From NCBI RefSeq assembly GCF_006345805.1, contig NC_043001.1, positions 26,412,001 to 26,476,000 of the forward strand: a stretch of DNA of 64,000 bases. Direction: 5' to 3'. Positions 1-13,544 of the stretch are shown here, one piece after another (positions within the stretch are counted from its first letter, which is position 1; the number at the start of each line of letters is the position of its first letter). This stretch comes from Octopus sinensis (lineage: Eukaryota). The position numbers and the translations under genes are program-made. The notes beneath the pieces were generated by a model. It did not search any database and was not told the DNA's origin. It saw only the letters and a program-made list of their open reading frames with translations.

Positions 1-202
1 GTTACAAGATTTTATTCAATCTACAAACATATCTACTTTGTACTTCTTTACAATTAAAATTTTTTTAAAATTAATGCTTTACACTAAGTATAAACTATTA
101 TCTTATATACATAAATACTAATTATTTCAACAGCTTTGTTTCACGCTCGTAACCTTACAAAACTAATTTCTATGTAATGTCTTGTGACTATATGAAAAAA
201 GA

Positions 203-233
<31 letters not shown>

Positions 234-640
234 TGGCATTTAGGAAGGGTATCCAGCCATAGAAACCATGCCAAAACAGACAATGGGGCCTGGTATTGCC
301 TCCAGCCTTACCAGCTCCTATCAAACCATCCAACCCATGCCAGCATGGAAAAGATGTTAAATTATAATGATAATATAGTTATGGATGATTATTTGAGATT
401 ATTGCCAAAGCGAAGAATGGAAACAAAGTTCAAAATACATAATAAAAGAAAAAAAGGAAAGGTTGAGTCAACAAGGAATAAACACTATAATATAACTGGT
501 ACTTTTTTATCCTTCCCCAAAGGATAATGTTAAAGTTAACATTTGAAACCTGAACACAAACACACAGAAATAAAAACTCTAATGCAGTTGATCTTTCATT
601 CTTGCTATCCTATAATCTCTGAAAATTTGTATAATATATC

Positions 641-936
641 ACGTGATCACGTGACCGACCAGGCCTCAGATGTTGCTGGTCACAATGCGCTTCTCATTGT
701 TTTAGCCTTCAATGATGCCACCCCACTGGCTAAGCAAGCAGGCCAACAGAAGAAAGAGTGAGAGAAAGTTGTGGTGAAAGAGTACAGCAGGGATCACCCC
801 CACCCACTGCCGGAGTCTCGTGGAGGTTTAGGTGTTTTCGCTCAATAAATACTTACAACACCCAGTCTGGGAATCAAAACTGCGATCCTACGACTGCGAG
901 TCAGCTGCCCTAACCACTGGGCCATTGCGCCTCCAC
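641..936 (-). mobile_element. tRNA-derived SINE (family C)
   Basis: A box TGGCCCAGTGG and B-box-like GTTTTGATTCC in a tRNA-like head; unrelated body. Related decayed copy at ~51295-51530(+). Confidence 0.8.
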
Positions 937-3900
937 GCATAATCTATACTAATAAGTTAATATAGAAAAGCACAAATGAGTAGAAAAAAAAGATCCTGCA
1001 TTTTGATGTAGATCAAAAAGCCAAGTAACAAATTAATTATAAAAGAAAAAAAGATTGCAAAGTTTGAACTTCAAACAATACAATACAATGGAGAAATATT
1101 TAATAAAACTGATAGTACAATTAATATACTTATAATATTCTAAATCAAAGATACATCCCTTTCAAGCTGAATCTGGCTCAGAAAATCTATCCAATAATTG
1201 ATTAGGAGATAATTTGCTAATTTCAATTAAGAATGATATGCAGTTATTAAATACAATTTAAGATGCATAAATGACTTCTAAAGTATTGTTTTGATACAGT
1301 GCTTGAAAATATAATTATTTTTCAACAAGCTAACCAACATAGCTACATCAATAGTTGTGCTACATATACGAACAAATATGATAAGCTTGAAAAGAACCAT
1401 ATGTGTATATATATATATATATTGTCTCTGCATTGGCACACATACAACTTTTACCTTAACTACCAAACAATAAATCTTTGAAAATTATTAATACCCCAAA
1501 ACATCTCAGGAAGCATCTAAAAATAGAAAGTCTCAGATAAAGCTATTTGAAACGTATCAAATTTAATACAGATAAAAAGAAGCATGCTTATCTGATTCAC
1601 CATATCTTCATAGTCCCTAGCCTTAACATTGTAAGTGAAGGAAGAGAGCTACTGTTCTGCATTATCTGAAAATAATCACCCTGCATATTCACATCCCTTT
1701 GTATTTTTTTAAAATCCAATTTGCATACCAGATGAATTATTAATTTTCATACAACTAAAACTTGAGATTTTTTTTTTGTTTTAGATAAAATGCAATTTAC
1801 GTGTGTGCTTGTGTAATTTAAGTATTAGCAAACTCAAATGATTTATATGATATTTTATTTTATCACTCCCAAAAGTATGAAGGGTTAGAGTTGATCTTGG
1901 CAGGATTTGAACTCAGAATGTAAAAAGGTAAAAGAAATGCTGCAAGGTATTTTAATTTAATGTCCTAACAATTCTACCAATCCTAAATAATAATAATAAT
2001 CCTATTATAGGCACAAGGCCTGAAATTTTTTTTGGGGGGGAGACTAGTCGATTACATAGACCCCAGTGTTTCACTGGTACTTAATTTATCAACCGAAGAA
2101 AATGAAAGGCTAAGTTGACCTCGGCAGAATTTGAACTCAGAACATAAGGATGGGCGAAATACCTCTAAGCATTTCATTCGGGATGCTAACGATTCTGCCA
2201 GCTCACTACCTTAATAATAATAACAATCCTTTCTAAGAGTACAAGGCCTGAAATTTGTGGGGAGGGGACTAGTTGATTGCATTGCCACTAGCATCTCACT
2301 GGTACTTTCTTTATCAACCCCTTCAGTGGAATTTGAACTCAGAACATAAGGACAGATGAAATACCACTAAGCAACTAATAATAATAATAATGGTCTGTGA
2401 TTTAGGCACAAGGGCAGCAATTTTGAGTAAAAGGAGTTAGTGATTACAATCAACCCCAGTACTAATTCTTTATTTTATTGGCCCTAAAATGATGGAAGGC
2501 AAACTCAGAATGTAAAGAGCCAAAACATACCAGAAAGCATTTTTTCTGATGCTCTAAAAATTCTACCAGCTTCAGGCAGGTCAGCAATTTTGAAGAGATT
2601 GGAGTTACTTGAAAACAACACACCCAGTACTTGAGTGGTATCTTTTATCTTTTACTTGTTTCAGTCATTAAGACTGTGGCCATGCTGGGGCACAACCTTG
2701 AAGAGTTTCTAGTCAAATGAATCAACTACAGGACTTTTTTTTTTATAAGTTTGGTACTTACTCTACCAGTCTCTTTTGCCGAACCACTAATTTACAGGGC
2801 TGCAAACAAACCAACTTCAGTTGCCAAGCAGTGGTAGGAGACACACACACACACATGTATAGATACATGCAAACACAGCTCCTTTCAGTTTCTGTCTACC
2901 AAATCCACTCACAAGGCTTTGGTTGGCCTGAGGCTAGAAGATATTTGCCCAAGGTGCCACACAGTGGGACTGAACCTGGAACCAGATGGTTAGGAAGCAA
3001 ACTTCTTACCACACAGCCATGCCTGGCTCTGAGTAGATAAAAGGCAAAATTGACCTCAACAGGATTTGAACCCAGAGCATAGAGTCAGAACAGATGTTGT
3101 AAAAGTATCTTGTCCAATGCTCAAATGATTCTGTCAACCCACTGCTTCAATAATGATATTGGTTTCAAACAGACACAAGATCAAAAATTTGGAGAAAGGT
3201 ATAGTCCCTTAGAATGACTCCAGTACTTAATTTATTGACAATGGAAGAGTGAAATATAATGTTTACTTCAGCTGTATTTTTAATTCAGAACTACTACTAC
3301 TACTACTACTACAAGTAGTAGCAGCAACAGCAACAACAATAACACAATATTATTATAATTTAATATGCTTGATACAGAGTAGATGTTAAAAAAATAATTT
3401 AGAATTGGAAATAATCAGGTCTGTTTTATTTCTAATGATAAATTCTTTATTTTAAATTCATTTTTGGAACAATTTTTTGGATTTTTTTTTTTTTGCAATA
3501 AAAAGTGGAGAATAAAGTAAAAAAAAATAAATATTTCTCTTGGTACAGGATTGTTTTATAACAAATCAATATAACAGAAAAGTAGATGAAAGATTAAATT
3601 CCACCATTTCCAAAAACAGACTGACTGCACTTGGTCCAGTGCACCTAAATGAAATTTTCCATGCAGTCATGCATAGCATTATAGCAATTAAATCAACTAA
3701 ATACATATCACTTAAATTAACAGGCAGAAAAATCTATCACTGAATTCAATTACATAATATCATACATATATATCCATATATATTATTCACACACACACAC
3801 ACAAATAATGCCATACATAAGCAAATATTCTTTAATGGTCATTGCCTTTAAAATAATAAATCTACAAATTCGATATTTCTCTATAAATACACGGTAATAA

Positions 3901-4919
3901 ATGTTAAGGAAGCAGATGCCAATCTCTTTCTCTCTCTTTTTCTCTCTCTTTTTCTCTCTCTCTCTCTCAATGTTTTTAAAATACGTAAGCTGAACTCTAG
4001 CAGCAGAAAAACATTACATGAGGTAATAGTTTGCATTGGTTACTTTTCTTTTATGACTATTAAATCAGGGAGAAAATTTTCCCATAAATAATCATTCTTT
4101 TAAAAGGATTAGCATAATGATGAAATATTTGCTAATGAAGACAGTTGTATGAAATTCATGAAATGGACATCATTGTAGCTACTCTATCTCAGTTTTGCTC
4201 AGTATCTTTTGCAGATCCAACAACGTAACAATTGCTTATGATGTCTGATTGGTGCTAGCATATCCTCCCTTCTTTTTAGCTCATGATTTGTTATCAAAGA
4301 ATCTTTCATATTATAAATTTACTCAAATAAACTACAATAATGATAAACATTTACAGGAGACAATTTTCACAAAGTATCTTATTTTTAGGAGAAAAGATAT
4401 CATTTAACCTAATGGCATAACTTTTTGGTATAAAAAAAAAACATAAGTGTAAAGAATTCAACTGAAATACAATCCCTATGTAGAGAGAGAGAGACATGTG
4501 ATATATGCTTTTGTATATATAAAACTCAGGTATATATTAAACAAAATAAAACTTTTTCAAGGTGTGTTAAATTTTTATACAAAATAAAGGAAATAAATTT
4601 TAAATTATGGAAAAGAAATTAAAAAAACTAAAAGGAAAAGTACACCAAAATGACTGGTCTCCATATTTTTAAAACAATACAAGTATAGAAAAACATGGTC
4701 CATCTTTTTCTTTTCATACTGCTTCTTAAAAGGAACTTATTTATCCAAATTATGCAGGTGCACATGTGGCTGTGCAGTCAGATTTGCTTTCCAACCACAT
4801 GGTTTTAGATTTAGTTCCACAGTGTGGAAGCTTGGACAAGTGTCTTCTACTAAAGTCCCAGGCTTTGTGAGTAAATTTAGTAGACGGAAACTGAAAGAAG
4901 CCCATATGTGTGTGTGTAT

Positions 4920-4974
<55 letters not shown>

Positions 4975-5626
4975 TCTTGACATCATGTGATAGTTGTGAA
5001 AAGCAGTGTCATACAAGCAGTGTCACTCATTTCCAATATTCTTCAAAAACATGGCTGGCTTCAAAGAATTATTACCAAGCTCAAAAACAGGTGAGGTTTA
5101 GCAACGGGAAAGGCATCAAGCTGTTGAAAATCTGCCTTAAATGTTACCCAGTCTATAAAAGCATGAAAAAGCAGGCAGTAAAATGATAACAATGATAATT
5201 ATGTACTTAACTGTTTAATTCTTATGGAAGTGAAACATCATTTAACATAGTCAAGGTTAGTTAGTTTATCCAAAATCTGATCTCTAATTTAAGAAGCTCT
5301 ATTAAGAAATACAAATTAATGAGGAGAGCCTCTATGAAATGGTTTAACCAGCAAGAGACAGTAGTCAAATCTCCAGCAAATCATACCTTAAAATCTTTCA
5401 AAAAATTGAAAGAGATATTTATCCAAAGATATATACCTTAAAAACAAGATGATCATGCTTTGAACACTTGTGCATAGACATGTTGACCTGGGACTTAACA
5501 ATAACAACGAAGATGTCCATCACATATCAGAATTGCTATAATTTGAATTAAAGTCCCGTTTTGGTGACTTCTGATCAGTACTACAACACTGACCATACAT
5601 TGTGTTTTGACTGGGAGTATTTAGTC

Positions 5627-5749
5627 CAGTCATGGGCAAACTAAAGCCTAACAAAAAAAAATTGCCTTCAAGTTTTTTCAGTACAACCCACCTGCAGATG
5701 AGCCATGTCTTATGTGTTCTGCTTCTCTAAAAGCAGTTGCCCATGCCTG
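5627..5749. mobile_element. hAT-Charlie-type MITE
   Basis: TIRs CAGTCATGGGCAAACT / AGTTGCCCATGCCTG. Confidence 0.62.
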
Positions 5750-5853
5750 CCCTAGACAGAGGTTACAATATTCCACTGGATCAGTACTCTACAAAATTAC
5801 TCGTGATGAATAACAAATATTCATAAGTAAGACCTTTGGAGATATGCTGTGAT

Positions 5854-6142
5854 CAGTGGTGGACTGGGTCTAAAAATATAGGTTGCCAGGAGACTAAGGG
5901 GGCCCAACTGCAACTACGATGCTATTTATTTATTTATTTTTGTTGAAAGTATTTTTTTCAACTATCTACAAACACAGCCAAGCTGAAATAATTAATGCAT
6001 TCTTCCAGGAGTTAATAAAAAGTTCTCAAACTTGAGGGGATGGGCCCCTTAGATACTAACATGGGCCTCCATATATGGATTCTAATGGTGCAGGGGCCCA
6101 CTTGCCATTGGGCAAGTTGGCAACCTAGCCAGTCCGCCACTG
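5854..6142. mobile_element. hAT-type MITE
   Basis: TIRs CAGTGGTGGACTGG / CCAGTCCGCCACTG; degenerate 8-bp TSD gctgtgat/actgtaat. Confidence 0.72.
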
Positions 6143-6169
6143 ACTGTAATTGAGAAGACCCAACCGTAG

Positions 6170-6595
6170 TCTATACTAGTATCACATAACCAGCCCGTTT
6201 AAAAGTACCCTTAAATCATCAGGTGATATGCTGCGCTTGAGAAGACCTATTGAGTCAAGTAAAATCAAAATCAAATCAAGATCGAAATCAAAATGGAAAT
6301 TGTAGTTGTGGCCAATGCCAGTACCGCCTGACTGCCAACAATGCTGGTGGCATGTAATAAGCACCATTCAAGCACGGCTTGGTGCCAGTGCTGCCTGACA
6401 GGCTCCCATGTTGGTGGCACATAAAAAGTACCCACTACACTCTCAGAGTGGTTGGTGTTAGGAAGGGCATCCGGCTGTAGAAACATTGTCAGATCAGACT
6501 GGAGCCTGTCACAGCCTACTGGCTTGCCAGTCCCCAGTCAAACCGTCCAACCAATGCCAACATGGAAAACAGGCGTTAAATGATAATGATGATGA
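6170..6595 (+). mobile_element. RTE 3'-UTR fragment
   Basis: Matches the 3' end of the 13273-16776 LINE. Similar fragments at about 229-380(+), 7592-7795(+), 10385-10575(-), 10735-10945(+), 17195-17310(-), 17460-17620(+), 27588-27745(-), 47980-48272(+) and 63545-63660(-). Confidence 0.8.
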
Positions 6596-6941
6596 TAAAT
6601 AAAGAGAACACTTTAGAGAAAGAAAATTTAAATAAACTGGTTGAAAACATCCAATGAATAAATTGCTATATTTGTCTGTGTTAAATGCTTTTCCATGGAC
6701 ATTATAATTACTTGAGTTCATTGTCTTTCATTGTTTTAACATCCACTTTTTCCATTCTTGCATGGCTCACACAGAATTTGCTGAGGCAGATATTCTACCA
6801 CCAGATGCCCTTCTTGTGACCAACTCACATTTGTTTCCCCATGGGCAGACATCTTTTCACAGAAGATTGGAAACAAAGCACACCACTTGCTTAACAGTGA
6901 TGCTTACATACAACTTTCACCCAATGCCAAGGCAAAGAGAA

Positions 6942-7015
<74 letters not shown>

Positions 7016-9927
7016 TAGGCTTCTTTCAGTTTCTGACTACCAAATCTACTCACAAGGCTTTGGTGAGCCCAGAGCTTAATAAGAGACACTTGCTTCAGGT
7101 GCCACACACTGAGACCAAATCTGAAACCAGGTGGTTAGGAAGTAAACTGTTTAACACAGCTTGTGCTTATAAGTCATTATATAAAATAATTACAATAAGA
7201 TTACATAGTTATTTTGTACCTATATGTATATCTAAAAACATGGCTGTATATTTTGTACATTATATTTGCCATGTGACAGAGGCCAAATAACACAAACAAC
7301 TGAATTGCTGTGGTATTTCAGAAGAATTCCTCTTCATATAGAGATCTACAAAAATTCGGAATGCAGAGCCTACCCCTCTCCCCTTCAAACCATACAAGTT
7401 CTGTAAGCTAATAAAGCATGAATTTTTATAATAATTTTGCTGACTACAGCAATAACCTGTACCACTGTAAGGAACCTACCTATAAGTTGGGAACTGGACC
7501 ATTAATCAAATATACTGGTTACAGGCACAGTTGAAATACTGATGATAGGATGCAACACACTAACTAAACACACTTGTAGATTAATATACACTGACTGGCT
7601 TCTGTGCCGGTGGCACGTAAAAAGCACCCACTACACTCATGGAGTGGTTGGCGTTAGGAAGGGCATCCAGCTGTAGAAACACTGCCAGATCAGACTGGAG
7701 CCTGGTGCAGCCTCCTGGCTTCCCAGACCCCAGTCGAACCGTCCAACCCATACTAGCACGGAAAACGGATGTTAAACGTTGATGATGATGATGGTGTTGG
7801 TTGAACAAATATTTCCCTCATAATTGAATTTCTAAAAGATTATAAAGAATTCAGAAATGCTTAACAAGAAAAATCACAAATTTAATGCTTAATAAAAGCA
7901 TATTTTGAATAAGTACTAATTTAACAATGTCTGAAATAAGAGGATACTTTGTATAAAATTAAATAGATCCATATAAACAAAGATTTTTAAACCAAATTAC
8001 AAATAGACTGGGAAAACCAAAAATGTTAAGTACAAAAGTTTATTAATTTCTGGATATATCCTGACATAATTCTAGTGCATTGTCTTGACAAGGATATTCT
8101 AAAGTGGTTTTGAATTGCCTACCTCAGATGGACAGGAAATATGCGATTACTAATTATTTGGGAACAGGAATAGTGTTTTTCCCAAGGAATGAGATAGCTA
8201 CAAGTGGAAACCAAAACTAGAGAAGAATAAAAGTTCTGCTAAAAGGACAAAATTTTTTTTTTTTTTTTTTGAGAACAAAATATGGTGCCAACTTCAAACA
8301 GAAAAAAAAAGATGAATTTCTTAGATACTAAAACTGAAATACTGGCATATTTTCAACTAACTGATAGTTTTAACAAATTATTATTCTAAAAGTTAAAAGT
8401 TATTTGGGGAAGGGTTAGTGACTAAATTTAATTTTTCTTATCTATTGCAGTTTAAATGATACAAAAACTGCAAATGTGTTTGTTTATCGGTGGAGTGATT
8501 ATCTGAGTATGCAGCCACTTTCATTATGCTTATTTAGCTAACTTCATCAAACATAGCAATACTTTGTAGGTTACCAAGAACACTTCAGAGGAGGTGTGGC
8601 TAGTTACATCCTCTGACTGCATCCATCTAAGCTTGCACTACAGACTCTAGGCATAACTCAGTTGTTTTTCAAAATAATAATGATTTTAGCATCTGCCTTA
8701 ATTTCACTATTTTGATGGCAAGCAGTAATTATTGAGCATTTTCTATCTGAATAATGAGAAATATGAATGAAAATAGCACTAGGATACTCGAGTGGCTACG
8801 TTCATTATTACACTCACAAATAGGAATAATAATATATCGGGTGGTTAGTTAAGTGTGATCAAAACAAAACTTGTTTACAAGATTTCCAATCAAAGTAACA
8901 GTAGAAAACCATATGAATAACAAATATGGCTCTGTGGTGATTAAAGAAGTGTAATTAGTGCAATATTATCTGGTCTTTTTTACTGTAAATGAATGAAAAT
9001 GTATTAGACAGAATCTGTAAGAAACAAATATTTACACTTCAAAGCAATCTCTGGTTTTGGATACTAACTAGACGTTTTTGTTTTTGTTGTTTTTGTTGTT
9101 TGTTTTTTTTTTCTTCTTTTTTCTTGTATTTAAACTGTTGGGAAAGAAATTATATATTTTTAGCAGAAATGGAATATGAGAAAAGGAAATGCAGACTAAA
9201 AGAAACTGCTTGATTTTGCAGGGTTGAACTGCAAAGTATGATGAAATAAAAACAACAAAATCTTCATTCCAAGACCAAGCTTAGATTTAAAAAAGAATAA
9301 TTTCATCTAAACAATATGCTCCTTGAGAGTAAGCTGCACACTATTAGGGCCGGATTAAGACCTATAAACAATAACAAACTATAAAATGAATTTTTAATTT
9401 TCAAAACACAACAAATCAGTAAGAGGGAAAATAATGTTTATTTTTGTATACTTCCACTTTATTTATATTTGAAAATTTTCCTCCTACTTTTTTGAATTGC
9501 AAAGTCTTTGATCAGATCCTCAAAATTAATCTTACGTAACACATCTGCATCTATACTTAGTAGAGATAAAGGCACCCTGAATATTATTTTAGCAAATTTA
9601 AAGTGATTTCTTTTGTGCCATAAACTATTTACCATTTCTGTGGTGCCCCCTCTCTCTCTTGATCAAGGTTACCCAAGCAACTAGTTGATTAAAAGGTCTT
9701 TAAAATATAAACACAAGCAAGAGTGATCAGGTGATTAAAATTTTTAGGCAATACAGATTGGAGCTCATATAGCTTCTAAAGATAACTAGTGAAGGTTGTT
9801 CATATGTTTTAGACTTATTAGACCACTTCAGCAGCACACATTCTATTCAGCTGCCATGGCTAAGATTGATCAACACACATACATATGCATACATATATAT
9901 ATAATATACGTGCATGTACATATATAA

Positions 9928-9964
<37 letters not shown>

Positions 9965-9972
<8 letters not shown>

Positions 9973-10333
9973 CTGTTCTGTCTGTCTGTCTTCTAGGATC
10001 TAGGGTATCCTCCATCCGATTGCACTCAAATTTGATATGTAGATACCGACGGTATCAGAGCATGTATAAGTCTTGAAAAAATTGCGAAAATCGATTCGAT
10101 GAGAATGCGATCGATAAACCCTTGGGAACGTGCATTTGTATGCACAAGTACATCAGCTGTTGCGATCGATACTATGCGTATGTGAGAAAATGCACATGCA
10201 GTTTGTGCAAAAAAAGCCGGCTGGCTTGAAATAATGCCACAAAATGGGACGTCGGACAAGTTGTTTTGAGAAAATTTGGTCTAAATGTTTGACAACTCAG
10301 CACTGTCCATTGGACAGGGGGCGTTTTGCTCGT
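9965..10333 (+). mobile_element. Non-autonomous Helitron-like element in a (TA)n tract
   Basis: 5' TATAAAATCTG..(TCTG)n; 3' hairpin CTGTCCA-T-TGGACAG 11 nt upstream of CTCGT (CTRR-like end). A similar 5' end occurs at ~55378. Confidence 0.5.
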
Positions 10334-10945
10334 ATATATATATATACATACATATACACACACACACACACACACATGAATATTAAATTATGTATATATC
10401 ACCATTTAACATCCATCTCCCATACAGGCAAGGGTTAGATGATTTGACAGGAGCTGGCAAGGGAAAAGGCTGCACCAGGCTCTGTCTGTTTTGGCACTTT
10501 TTTTATAGTTAGGTGCCTTTCCTAACACAAACCACTTTACAGAGTGAATTGGATGCTTTTCACATGGCACCAGCAAGGTCTGTGTGTGTACACATTTCAA
10601 CACACACACACACATACATACAGCTCATTGTGGAAATGACAAGGGTTCAGGAGTTGTGGTGATTTGCTATACTCGAGAAGACACATCAAGTTAAGTAAAA
10701 TCACTGTCATCCTTACATAGAGGCTTGTCCTTAACAGGTGCCAGTGCTGCATAAACAGACCTTTGCTGGTAGCACATAAAAAAACACCCAGCATACTCTG
10801 TAAAGTGGTTGGCATTAGGAAGGGCATCCAATTGTAGAAACCATGTCACAACAGACAATGAGTCTGGACAGCTTTTCAAATGGCCAGCTGCTGTCAAACT
10901 GTCCAATCCATGCCAACATGGAAAATGGACATTAAACAATGATGA

Positions 10946-11006
<61 letters not shown>

Positions 11007-11439
11007 ACAATAATCCCTTGCCATATCAGAGTTCACCTATCGTGCACTTAGAACATCATAGTTCAGTTATTGCGCACTCGGTACATTGCAGATTTTTCTG
11101 GCTAATATATGTAAATTTATATTGTGGACTCCTCAGTATATTGTGGTTTTCTGTGCCCAATAAGTATTTTTAGATTTTAATTATTTCTGTGGGAGGCTTT
11201 GGAACATAATACCTGTGATAGTCAAGAGGTTACCATATATATAAACCAGTGGGATGGCATCATTCAAAAGCTACAACAATACAAGGGGGTGCATTGTGTC
11301 CAGCAGTATGTAACAATATCTGATAGTCTGGTTGACAGTGATTATATATATCAACCAAAGCAAAAGAAATCCTAATTTCTGCCTTAAGGAGAGCCACTCA
11401 TACTGAGGATGAAAGCAAAAATATAAATATATAAATGTC

Positions 11440-12050
11440 CAATTTGTAGTCACCCATAATCCTAGTAACCATATCCTACATTCAGCCAAACAATACCTCC
11501 TAATTCTACATCAATCATCAAATTTCCAACAAATGATTTAAAAAACCACAAATCATCAACAGCAAAAACAACCACCAAATTTCAGGAGACTCCTAATGTG
11601 AGATTGACATTAGAGAAAGAAATAATGCAAGTAACAAACTGTGGAGACACTCATAGAACTAGGAACAAGCAAAAGATCCAGGAATGGGAAGGAATTGAAA
11701 ATGAATGCAAACATCAATTGCAAACAAAAAAAAATCTCATCTACTGCATCACATGTCCATACTGCAATGAAAATTACATTGGGAAAAAACAGACAAAACT
11801 AACCAGCCGTGTAACTGCGTATAAACAGCAAATTAAAGATCAATCTCTTAGAAATGTCCAATGTAATAAACATCGAGATATCTGTGCAAATGGAAAATTT
11901 AAAATATTTCTCTTTTACAAAGTAAAATATGAATTAATCATCAACTATGAAAAGCAAAAGTGCACTTTATAAGACTTCTAAATCCAAAACTAAACCAGAA
12001 ATAGTCAGCACTATCACTAAAAACAGCTTCCTCTGTACACTTAGCTCAGA
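11440..12050 (+). mobile_element. Penelope-like GIY-YIG endonuclease remnant
   Basis: KNLIYCITCPYCNENYIGKKQTKLTSRVTAYKQQIKD in ORF 11598-11972. Confidence 0.75.
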
Positions 12051-12896
12051 GCATTTGTTTGGAAAGTTGAACAGCAAAAGCGTTTACACACAATACATAA
12101 ACTTCTACGAAGGTTGGTGACATTCTATAAATTAAAAATGTTTGAATAGTTAACTTTCTAGCAAAATCTTTCTTCAATTATTGTGACTATCAAGTAGTTT
12201 TTACAAAAGCTTATATATATATATATGTATCTAATGTAGGATAAAATTTTTCAAAATAAATTCTATCAATGGTTAGCATATTAAAAAAATACCTTTAAAG
12301 GTTAAATTTATAAACAATTTATAAGTAAGGGCAAAAGAAAAAATTTCTAATGCCAAAATATGCCGAAAATAGACACAACGTCAATAACCATGTAATTTAT
12401 CACTACAAGCACGCATTTATATACACACACACACACACATTATTTAATAACAGTTTGACTCAGTTCCATGTAACTTTAAGTTTCATAGACTTGTAGAACA
12501 AACCAAAGTCATCAGGCATCTAGAGGCAGAATAACAGGATACAAGACAAATTCAAGATGGCTTCTAGATGTTAGACCTCTATTGATCAACTCAGATCACA
12601 TGGTTTTCTTAGTCTGGAAGTGACATCAATTATCTACGTTGTTCTTAGCCCAGCTGGATGGACAGTATGCAGCTGTTACTACTGTGACTGGAAGCTGCAG
12701 TGTGGTTTATTTGCCAACATCAGTTTGTTGCATTTGCTGCAGCACACACTATCTCCAGATGCCTCACAAATTAGGTTCATATTACAAGCCTACAAAACCT
12801 TAAATTGCAAGGAGCTGAGTCAAACTTATTAAATAACATAACTCCTACAAATGTGTTGACCACCACTGCCTTTTAGCTGACCACTCACTAGTATGT

Positions 12897-13270
12897 CATC
12901 GTCATCATCATCGTTTAACATCCGCTTTCCATGCTAGCATGGGTTGGACGATTTTGACTGAGGGCTGGCGAGCCAGGTGGCTGTGCCAGGCTCCAATCTG
13001 ATCTGGCAGAGTTTCTACAGCTGGATGCCCTTCCTAACACCAACCACTCCGAGAGTGTAGTGGGTGCTTTTTACGTGCCACCGCCACGGGGGCCAGTCAG
13101 GCGGCACTGGCAACGACCTCGCTCGAATCTTTTTACACGTGCCAGTGAAGTGACATTGGCAATGATCACGCTCGAATGGTGCCCTTTTACATGCCATGGG
13201 TACAGAAGCCAGTTGGCTGCTCTGGCAACGATCATGCTTGGATGGTGCTCTTGGCACCCTACTAGCGTGT
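12897..13270 (-). mobile_element. Older RTE 3'-UTR fragment directly abutting the young LINE
   Basis: Same GGAAGGGCATCCAGCTGTAGAAAC...CCAACCCATGCTAGCATGG..GTTAAACGATGATG end. Confidence 0.85.
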
Positions 13271-13544
13271 ATATCATCATCATCATCATCGTCGTTTAAC
13301 GTCCGTTCTCCATGCTAGCATGGGTTGGACGGTTCGACCGGGGTTCTGGGAAGCCAGAAGGCTGCACCAGGCTCCAGTCTAATTTGGCAATGTTTCTACA
13401 GCTGGATGCCCTTCCTAACGCCAACCACTCCGTGAGTGTAGTGGGTGCTTTTTACGTGCCACCTGCACAGGTGCCAGGCGGGGCTGGCAACGGCCACGGT
13501 CAGATTGGTGTATTTTATGTGCCACCGGCACGGAAGCCAGTCGA

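Noticed and set aside
641-936. tRNA-like sequence
   Set aside because: Only the head is tRNA-like, with an imperfect B box followed by a SINE body; not a tRNA gene.
1596-1664. Possible short minus-strand exon (ttttcag|...ATG|GTGAAT); a similar candidate lies near 8120-8215
   Set aside because: Only splice-like dinucleotides with no recognisable peptide; not supportable without RNA data.
4110-4255. ATGATGA...CTGA, possible C/D snoRNA
   Set aside because: It is on the strand opposite the presumed host, has a weak terminal stem and no recognisable rRNA guide.
8540-8720. Possible exon MQSEDVTSHTSSEVFL of the unidentified gene
   Set aside because: The same sequence recurs at ~18480-18630, so it is a dispersed repeat.
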